Both the position numbers and the translations under genes were made by a program. The notes below the pieces were generated by a model. The model worked only from the letters and a program-made list of their open reading frames with translations. It did not search any database and was not told the origin of the DNA. 32,000 bases of DNA from Pyrodictium abyssi (GTDB taxonomy: Archaea; Thermoproteota; Thermoprotei_A; Sulfolobales; Pyrodictiaceae): assembly GCF_036323395.1 (NCBI RefSeq), contig NZ_AP028907.1:1830001-1862000 (forward strand), written 5' to 3'. Below, piece after piece: positions 25,555 to 32,000 of this stretch (its first letter is position 1; every line of letters starts with the position of its first letter).

Positions 25555-27330
25555 TTACTCGTGAGCAAATATCATTACGACCTTCCTCGCCGAGCCGTCT
25601 TCTACCTCTACTGCGTCTACTCTCGCAAACCCTGTACGCACTAGCTGCACTATGTCTCCTTGCTTTAGCTCTGCCGCTGCGTACTCTACTACACCACGAC
25701 GCTGAATTAGGTCTAGGCCTTCGGGCACGAGGAGTTCTATATGTAGTGCTGTGTCCGCGGGTACCCACTGTATTATCGGTGCCTTATGTCTACGTGCTTC
25801 CTCGAGGCCAAGACTGTGGAATCTCGCTATTATCTTGTCGTTCTTGACGTCTACCACTTCTATGTTGAACGCCTCCATAAGCCTTATGACACTACCCTTT
25901 TTCATTAGCTTTCTATCGCTCTGGGATACGTATACTGTCGCTGTTGGACCTTCTAGTGTTATCCTCCTCGAGCCTAGCTTCCCCGACGGGTGGTAAGGTA
26001 TCTCGAACTCACGCTTCTCCCAAGGAAGCTCTTCTATCACCACTGGCGCCGGCGGTATAGCAGCCATTATTCTACGTGCTACTGGGTCTACGATGACACG
26101 GTTAGTAGCAGCTAGGTTAGCATAGCTTATACTTGCGTCAGTATACTTAGTGCCGACCTCTAGTATTAGCTTCCGTATAGCCTCGGCCGTTATACCGCGC
26201 CTCCTTAGACCCGCTATCGTGGCAAACCGTGGATCATCTATACCAGTGCTGACGCCCTGGTCGAGGAGCTGTTTTAGCGCAGACTTGCTCATTATGAAGC
26301 CTTCGAGCTTCAAGCGCCCAAAGTGCACGACATGCGGATACTTCCACCCCATGTACTCGTATACATACTTCTGCTTTGTCGTGTTCTGCATATGCTCCTT
26401 GGCGCGGAGTATGTGTGTTACACCCATCAACCAGTCGTCGACACCAGCTGCGAAGTTGTATGTAGGCCAGACGATGTAGCGATCGCCGACAAGTGGGTGC
26501 GGGTAGCGGCTTGTATCGATTATACGGAAAGCTACCCAGTCTCGGACGCTTGGGTCGGGGTGGTTAGGGTCAGTCTTTATCCTGACGACTGCCTCGCCTT
26601 CTGCGAAGCGGCCTTCGAGCATTCGGTCCCACATTTCTAGGTTTTCCTCGGGTGTACGTAGCCTGGACGGGTACTCGGAGAGCTTGCCAGAGTTGCGGTA
26701 TTTTCTGAACTCTTCGCCTGGCCTATCGTCTACATAGGCATGGCCTTTCTCTAGAAGCTCCTTTATTATTTGGTAGTATATCGGCATGCGTAGGCTTTGT
26801 ATGTACTCTTCATCCCAGCGGATGCCTAGCCACTCTAGGTCCTGTTTTATCAGCTCATATGCCTCGGGTAGCGGCGTCTTGGTGCGAGGGTCAGTGTCCT
26901 CAAAGCGAAGTATCATCCTCCCCTTGTACATTACCTTGTACTCGTAGCTGAGTATTGCTGGTCTCGCGTTGCCAAGGTGTATCACGAAGTCAGGGTTTGG
27001 CGCGAAGCGTGTGACAACCTTGCCTTCCTCTGCCCCGGGGAGTGGGGGCAGCGTCTTCTCCTGCTCTTTGGGCTTGCTGAGCTTCTCTAGTATCCAGCTA
27101 TACTTCTCCTCGAGTAGCCTCTTCTGCTCGTCTAGAGAGAGCCTATTTACCTCAGCTACGGCTTCACGTACTATCGCCACTATCTCGCGAGCATAGGGTC
27201 TCAGCTCTGGTTTTTCAGCCATAATCTTGCCCATCACCGGGCCTACTGCAGCGCTTCCACTATGCTCGACAGCGTTGACGAGAGCATACGCCTTTGCTAG
27301 CTCGCGTAGCTCGTCAGGATTGTATTTCAA
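25555..27330 (-). CDS. gltX: glutamyl-tRNA synthetase (archaeal type)
   Basis: ORF 591 aa: VVTRFAPNPDFVIHLGNARPAILSYEYKVMYKGRMILRFEDTDPRTK and HFGRLKLEGFIMSKS. Confidence 0.97.
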   Translation of the reverse strand: MKYNPDELRELAKAYALVNAVEHSGSAAVGPVMGKIMAEKPELRPYAREIVAIVREAVAEVNRLSLDEQKRLLEEKYSWILEKLSKPKEQEKTLPPLPGAEEGKVVTRFAPNPDFVIHLGNARPAILSYEYKVMYKGRMILRFEDTDPRTKTPLPEAYELIKQDLEWLGIRWDEEYIQSLRMPIYYQIIKELLEKGHAYVDDRPGEEFRKYRNSGKLSEYPSRLRTPEENLEMWDRMLEGRFAEGEAVVRIKTDPNHPDPSVRDWVAFRIIDTSRYPHPLVGDRYIVWPTYNFAAGVDDWLMGVTHILRAKEHMQNTTKQKYVYEYMGWKYPHVVHFGRLKLEGFIMSKSALKQLLDQGVSTGIDDPRFATIAGLRRRGITAEAIRKLILEVGTKYTDASISYANLAATNRVIVDPVARRIMAAIPPAPVVIEELPWEKREFEIPYHPSGKLGSRRITLEGPTATVYVSQSDRKLMKKGSVIRLMEAFNIEVVDVKNDKIIARFHSLGLEEARRHKAPIIQWVPADTALHIELLVPEGLDLIQRRGVVEYAAAELKQGDIVQLVRTGFARVDAVEVEDGSARKVVMIFAHE

Positions 27331-27877
27331 TCTCCTTTACCACCTCCTCTGGCGCCACCAGGACTATGTTCCTATCCGGCCCGGATTCAGGCGAGGAATA
27401 GATGTAAACTATAATGCCTTCCACATGGCTTCTGATGTGGCGTACCTCGAACTTCCTTGTTGCGACGAATCCCAGTGTATCCTCGACGCCTACTTTACTG
27501 CCCTCGCATACTTCTAGGGCTACACGCATACCTTCAAGAGGTATTGGCTCCAGGTAGCTGCCGGCTTCTACGAGGAGGCCCCTCTTATACTCCGGCGGGA
27601 GCACCACTATGAAGCTCCTTGTACACCTCTTAGCGACTATGTCCACTATGCTATCGAGCTCGACGCCGTATATCGCCTTACCAAAACACCGCAGACCATG
27701 AGGACACGTTTCAGCGCGCCTTGCCTTATTGTCTTCTAGTACTAGGTACTCGTCCGATTCTAGCCCTTCTATGAACAACTGGGGGATTAGGTAGGGCGAC
27801 TTGTGGCATTCCGGTGTCTGCTCCGTCACGTCTACGCTACCTCGTACGGGAGACCGCGAACCTGGCGAGTTCTTCAA
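27314..27877 (-). CDS. conserved archaeal hypothetical, possibly DUF2118-like
   Basis: ORF 187 aa between polyprenyl synthase and gltX. FIVVLPPEYKRGLLVEAGSYLEP...VYIYSSPESGPDRNIVLVAPE suggests a beta-rich fold. Real start is probably downstream of 27877. Confidence 0.55.
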   Translation of the reverse strand: MKNSPGSRSPVRGSVDVTEQTPECHKSPYLIPQLFIEGLESDEYLVLEDNKARRAETCPHGLRCFGKAIYGVELDSIVDIVAKRCTRSFIVVLPPEYKRGLLVEAGSYLEPIPLEGMRVALEVCEGSKVGVEDTLGFVATRKFEVRHIRSHVEGIIVYIYSSPESGPDRNIVLVAPEEVVKEIEIQS

Positions 27878-28847
27878 GCATTTCTCTATACTCGCTTTCG
27901 GGGAGCACCTTTAGCGCTGCTAGTGCCTGCTCGCTGTAGCGGCGTGCAAGCTCCTCAGCGTATTCTATGGCCCCACTCTCCTTGATTAGTCTGGCTGCCT
28001 CCTCTATCTCCTCTCTGCCCGCGTCACGGTTACCAAGGACTTTTTCGAGCTTCTCCCGGGCTTCGCCTTCGAGTCTGCCTAGAGCGTAGAGTATTGGTAG
28101 TGTCTTCTTCCCCTCTCTTATGTCGCTTCCTACGGGCTTGCCTAGCTCCTCTTCCTTGCCCATTATACCTAGTATATCATCGCGTATCTGGAAAGCTATA
28201 CCAAGGCTCTTACCATAGCTCGCTAGCGAAGATAGTATGTTCTCATCGTCTGTGGCTACTAGCCCGCCGAGGACTGCTGATGCCTCGAACAAGGCCCCAG
28301 TCTTCTTGTATATCATTTTAAGGTAATCCTCTATGTCTACGTACTCCTCTTCTTCAAACATCATGTCCATTGCTTGGCCCTCAGCTATTATCGATGACGC
28401 TCTTGCTAGTACACGTACCGCCCTGGCCACTCTTTCGGCTGGCACGCCTTTGTCGCGTGCATCGGTTAGGGCTTCGAAGGCCTTAGCGTAGAGCAGGTCA
28501 CCTGCTGTTATCGCTAGGGGCTCGCCCCATAGCTTGTGGACTGTGGGTACTCCACGGCGGAACTCATCACGATCCATTATGTCGTCGTGTACCAGGGTGA
28601 AGTTGTGGACGAGTTCTACAGCTACCGCGAAGGGTAGTGCCTTTTCGGCTTCCTCTCCAAGAGCTTCCGCTGTCGCTACTACTATCACGGGACGGAGCCT
28701 TTTACCACCAGCTCTTATGAGGTGGAGAGCAGCGTTGTACAGCTCCTCGGGCTCGCCGTGGACCCGCGCGTATATGTAGCCGTCTACAAGCCCTGCTACC
28801 TTTGTTATGTAGTTTCGTAGCCTCTCGGAGAGCTGAGCCAAGTCCAT
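27837..28847 (-). CDS. idsA: polyprenyl synthetase (bifunctional short-chain/GGPP synthase type)
   Basis: ORF 336 aa: AGGKRLRPVIVVATAEALG, HNFTLVHDDIMDRDEFRRG, AFQIRDDILGI. Confidence 0.93.
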   Translation of the reverse strand: MDLAQLSERLRNYITKVAGLVDGYIYARVHGEPEELYNAALHLIRAGGKRLRPVIVVATAEALGEEAEKALPFAVAVELVHNFTLVHDDIMDRDEFRRGVPTVHKLWGEPLAITAGDLLYAKAFEALTDARDKGVPAERVARAVRVLARASSIIAEGQAMDMMFEEEEYVDIEDYLKMIYKKTGALFEASAVLGGLVATDDENILSSLASYGKSLGIAFQIRDDILGIMGKEEELGKPVGSDIREGKKTLPILYALGRLEGEAREKLEKVLGNRDAGREEIEEAARLIKESGAIEYAEELARRYSEQALAALKVLPESEYREMLEELARFAVSRTR

Positions 28848-28878
28848 CTTAACCTCCTAGGCTCTAGTGGCCCCGTGG

Positions 28879-30018
28879 CTACACAGGTGAGCAGCCGCTA
28901 CCAGGCTTGAATAGGACTCGGGGGCCATTAAGATATAGCTCGGGCTCTACTCCCCGAGCCTTCATGATGCTTAGTAGCCGGTGCCCTAGCACTATATCAG
29001 CGCCGCGTAGCTCTGCAAGGCTGCCAGAGCCAGATAGGAACATGGCTATACGGAGCTCAGTCACTAGTCTCTCTAGGAGCGCGCGAATAGCCTCTTCACC
29101 GCCACGTGCATACGCGTTAATCACGGGGAGCGCGACTCCGGCTATATCTGCCCCTAGGGCTATAGCCTTAGCTACATCGAGCCCGGAGCGTACGCCACCA
29201 CTAGCTATTATACAGGCATCTGGAGCCGCCCATCTAGCCTCTACTACCGCCTGGGCAGTCGGTATCCCCGTACTAGAGAACGTTGATGCAGCAGTGGCTA
29301 GCATCTCGTTGCCTTTAGCCCTAGCCCTGTACTGTTCTACTCTTATCCAGCTCGTGCCGCCAGCACCTGCCACATCTATGATTCTGACACCCGCTGCTCG
29401 CAGAAGTCTGGCCGCTTCCAGGCCTATACCATGGCCGGTCTCCTTGACTATTACAGGCTTCTCTATGGCGCTCGCTACATCTCTTATCCTCTCTATTACT
29501 CCGGCGTAGTCTGTGTCACCCTCTGGCTGGAAAGCCTCCTGTGCCGCGTTAAGGTGGATTGCTACAGCGTCAGCGCCTATCATTTCTACGGCCTTTCTTA
29601 TCTCCTCAATGCCGTATCCCTTGACAAGCTGTGGCGCGCCTATATTAGCTATTATAACAGCCGACGGCGCACACTTGCGTGCAACCGAGAATGTGTAAGA
29701 GAGGCTTGGATTCTCTAGGGCTGCTCTCTGGCTGCCGACACCCATTGCGAGTCCTAGCTCCTCGACCGCTTTAGCTATGGCGCAGTTTATCTTAGCCGCT
29801 ACAGCGTGACCCCCCGTCATACCAGTGACCATTATTGGCGCTGACAGTTTCTTGCCGAGAAACTCTATGCTGGCATCTACGCCGTTTAGAGACACCTCGG
29901 GGAGCGCTTTGTAGACCAGGGTTACGTCCTCAAACAGCGTGCTGGCACCGTCGTGGGACACATTACTGTCTATTGTTATCCTTATGTGGTCAAGTTTTCT
30001 AGGTGACGTAAGCGTCAA
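28879..30018 (-). CDS. fni: type 2 isopentenyl-diphosphate delta-isomerase
   Basis: ORF 379 aa: RKLDHIRITID, PIMVTGMTGGHAVAAKINCAIAKAVEELGLAMGVGSQRAAL, GAGGTSWIRVE. Confidence 0.96.
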   Translation of the reverse strand: MTLTSPRKLDHIRITIDSNVSHDGASTLFEDVTLVYKALPEVSLNGVDASIEFLGKKLSAPIMVTGMTGGHAVAAKINCAIAKAVEELGLAMGVGSQRAALENPSLSYTFSVARKCAPSAVIIANIGAPQLVKGYGIEEIRKAVEMIGADAVAIHLNAAQEAFQPEGDTDYAGVIERIRDVASAIEKPVIVKETGHGIGLEAARLLRAAGVRIIDVAGAGGTSWIRVEQYRARAKGNEMLATAASTFSSTGIPTAQAVVEARWAAPDACIIASGGVRSGLDVAKAIALGADIAGVALPVINAYARGGEEAIRALLERLVTELRIAMFLSGSGSLAELRGADIVLGHRLLSIMKARGVEPELYLNGPRVLFKPGSGCSPV

Positions 30019-30096
30019 GACTCTTCACCTTGGCTCCATCCGGGCTAGAAGCCCAGTGATATAACGGGTTTATGCACTGAGGTTGGCTTGCCGCGC

Positions 30097-30888
30097 CTAA
30101 AGTATAATACGTGTCCCGCTACCATGCCCCATTAACGCTGCGTAGGTATTCCCTTCACGCAGCCCATTTGTCACTAGGATTTCTCTTAGAGTAAGGCATC
30201 GATTAGCCCTTATTGCGTCAAGCTTCCTCTTTATACCACCAGTTACGTCTATCTTGCTACCCGTCTTCTGCTGCTCCACTATGCTGCTCTCCTCCAGCTC
30301 GTCCACATGGATCTCGTCTATCACCTTTCCATCAGCGTCAATTACACCATCTACATCCGTTACATAGACGACTAGAGGGCTGCCAAGACTGCAAGCCATT
30401 TCTATTGCCAACTCGTCACCGGATACTATGCACCAACTTTCCCCACACGCATAGACATCGCCATAGACTAGCGGTGTGACGCCCACCTTCATGTCGCGGA
30501 GAACGCTATTCCAGTTGCATCTGGGCACTAGCCCGTCAGGGTCGCAGAAGCTGTGCGGCGGGTATACTACTGGCTTTACCCCCTTAGACGCGAGTATATC
30601 CGCCATAGCGAGCACTAGCTCGAACATATACATTGTTACTAGCGTGAGCGCGTCTGCCGGTGGAGCGTCCAGCATACGCGCGCTAGAAGCAGCCACGTGA
30701 CCGTAGCTACCACCTCCAAGTACTATGCCTACCTTGATGCCGTTGCTTACTGCAGCCGCTATTTCTCCGGCTATACGGTTAGCTATAGCGTAGTTTAGCT
30801 TAAACGTTCTTTTGTCCGTTATTACGCTGCCTCCAATCTTTATAACACGAACTCCAGGGTATCGCCCAGCCCTGCTCCGGGTTTGCAT
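30097..30888 (-). CDS. ipk: isopentenyl phosphate kinase
   Basis: Amino-acid-kinase fold: VRVIKIGGSVITDKRTFKLNYAIANRIA, GIVLGGGSYGH, DVDGVID, TGGIKRKLDAI. ORF track start is 30921; ATG at 30888 likely. Confidence 0.93.
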   Translation of the reverse strand: MQTRSRAGRYPGVRVIKIGGSVITDKRTFKLNYAIANRIAGEIAAAVSNGIKVGIVLGGGSYGHVAASSARMLDAPPADALTLVTMYMFELVLAMADILASKGVKPVVYPPHSFCDPDGLVPRCNWNSVLRDMKVGVTPLVYGDVYACGESWCIVSGDELAIEMACSLGSPLVVYVTDVDGVIDADGKVIDEIHVDELEESSIVEQQKTGSKIDVTGGIKRKLDAIRANRCLTLREILVTNGLREGNTYAALMGHGSGTRIIL

Positions 30889-31700
30889 ATCCCGTATACC
30901 CTCTGAAGTGATGGTGTCCACTTACACTCTGCGCGGGGTGTCTCAGCACCGTAGAGGAGGTAGAATACAGCATTGTCTACCCGCTGTACTAGTCTGAATA
31001 CCTCTGCTTCTCCTTCTCTTAGCCGTTTCACGGCCTCTACCACTGCTAGCCCACTCAGCCTTGTAAGCGCCGAGAAGAGGGGTTCTTCTAGTGCCTCTGC
31101 CGCCTCTTCTCCTATGTCCTCTTCTCCGACGAGCTCGAGTTCCAGCCTTATACCGGTACTTAGCTCTATGAGTTCTTCACCCTTCCTGTATACTATACTC
31201 TTGCCGAGCATAACGGCTTCACGGAGCCCATCTATGTAGTCCAGGCCTACGCCTGCCTCCGCGTCAATACTGCTAGCAGAGTCTAGCACTTCTCGCTGGT
31301 CTAGCTCGTAGCCTGCTGCATCGGCTATGCTCTTGACTAGCGCTAGTGTTGTCGCTGCATAGACCGAGGCAGCCGGGGGATATGATACGGGTTCGCCGAC
31401 ATTCACGGTGATATTGACTTTTATGGGCTGCTCAAGCCTTGCAGATAGTGTGTCTACAAAAGACTTCACCGCCAGGTCATAGCGCCATCCAAGCCTAACG
31501 CCATCTATTCTCGTGGTGGTCGTCTCGCTCTCTTCAACGTCAACATCTATTGACACAACCGGGTTAGGTGTCAAGAGTATTATGTAGGGGTTGGTTCTGC
31601 CCGGTAGCGGCACGCCCGCAAATACTATTGCTAGTGGAAACTCGTACAATGCTAGCCTCACACCCCGGTGCCGCAGGGCATGAATGCCACGTAGGCGCAA
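30840..31700 (-). CDS. mvk: mevalonate kinase (GHMP)
   Basis: ORF 286 aa: FPLAIVFAGVPLPGRTN, PPAASVYAATTLALVKSIADAAG, SSIDAEAGVGLDYI, CKPGAGLGDTLEFV. Divergent GHMP motifs, but position fits. Confidence 0.65.
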   Translation of the reverse strand: MRLRGIHALRHRGVRLALYEFPLAIVFAGVPLPGRTNPYIILLTPNPVVSIDVDVEESETTTTRIDGVRLGWRYDLAVKSFVDTLSARLEQPIKVNITVNVGEPVSYPPAASVYAATTLALVKSIADAAGYELDQREVLDSASSIDAEAGVGLDYIDGLREAVMLGKSIVYRKGEELIELSTGIRLELELVGEEDIGEEAAEALEEPLFSALTRLSGLAVVEAVKRLREGEAEVFRLVQRVDNAVFYLLYGAETPRAECKWTPSLQRVYGICKPGAGLGDTLEFVL

Positions 31701-31721
31701 TCCTATGCTATAGGGCTAGGC

Positions 31722-32000
31722 CTAGTATACCTGTATAGATGCATAGCCCACTACACTGCTCTTATCTCCGGCTACATCGCCGCTTGTCGCGTATCTGAGG
31801 AGTTTAGCACTGCTAGCTCCCGCTCCGCGGGCGTAGTAGAGCATCGCCATTACTGGGCCCGGTCCGCACATGCTTATACTGTGCTTCTGTATAGTCTGGT
31901 AGAGTTTCAGAGGGTCCAGCTCTAGTATAGCCTCAATAGCCAGCTTGTCTTTAGCTACTGCTACGTCGTGGGGCTCGTAGTGTGTAAAGTCGCTGCTAGC
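31722..32000 (-). CDS. MEMO1 family protein, C-terminal part (truncated by window edge)
   Basis: Manual translation in frame to the edge: ASSDFTHYEPHDVAVAKDKLAIEAILELDPLKLYQTIQKHSISMCGPGPVMAMLYYARGAGASSAKLLRYATSGDVAGDKSSVVGYASIQVY*. Confidence 0.92.
   Translation of the reverse strand, partial: ASSDFTHYEPHDVAVAKDKLAIEAILELDPLKLYQTIQKHSISMCGPGPVMAMLYYARGAGASSAKLLRYATSGDVAGDKSSVVGYASIQVY

Noticed and set aside
25445-25768. 107-aa minus ORF between L7Ae and gltX
   Set aside because: Mostly overlaps the conserved gltX 3' end in another frame. Arg/Ser-rich, typical of a spurious frame.
1-32000. CRISPR arrays, IS elements, integrases, toxin-antitoxin or defence systems
   Set aside because: No regularly spaced direct repeats, transposase/integrase motifs or nuclease cassettes were recognised. 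Gene content is housekeeping apart from the small insertions listed.

Overview
The window looks like a crenarchaeal (Thermoproteota) hyperthermophile chromosome segment. A Pyrodictiaceae-like origin is my inference from gene content, and no database search was run. It is almost entirely protein coding and mostly on the minus strand. Blocks, left to right: (1) a proteasome/exosome superoperon (DHH phosphoesterase, DUF3194, prefoldin beta, Pcc1, Brix/Imp4, L37Ae, Rrp42, Rrp41, Rrp4, SBDS, proteasome alpha); (2) ThiI plus a ThiF/MoeB-like E1; (3) a nearly complete archaeal riboflavin cluster (ArfB-like creatininase-family protein, RibH, RibC, RibB, ArfA, ArfC), joined to RNase P genes pop5 and rpp30 and a COG1325-type RNA-binding protein; (4) L15e, a YchF-like GTPase, Ndk, L24e, S28e and L7Ae, interrupted by two opposite-strand insertions; (5) GltX and the archaeal isoprenoid block (DUF2118-like, polyprenyl synthase, IPP isomerase 2, isopentenyl phosphate kinase, mevalonate kinase) plus a truncated MEMO-family gene at the right edge. 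The most interesting observation is an amidohydrolase with deaminase-type motifs inside the riboflavin cluster. It is a strong candidate for the archaeal riboflavin pyrimidine deaminase, which as far as I know has not been assigned. Others are a Pop5 protein with an N-terminal transmembrane/coiled-coil extension, a degenerate HD-like/zinc-ribbon protein inserted in a ribosomal block, and a strongly structured 0.48 kb gap beside psmA. I recognised no CRISPR array, rRNA, tRNA or mobile element.
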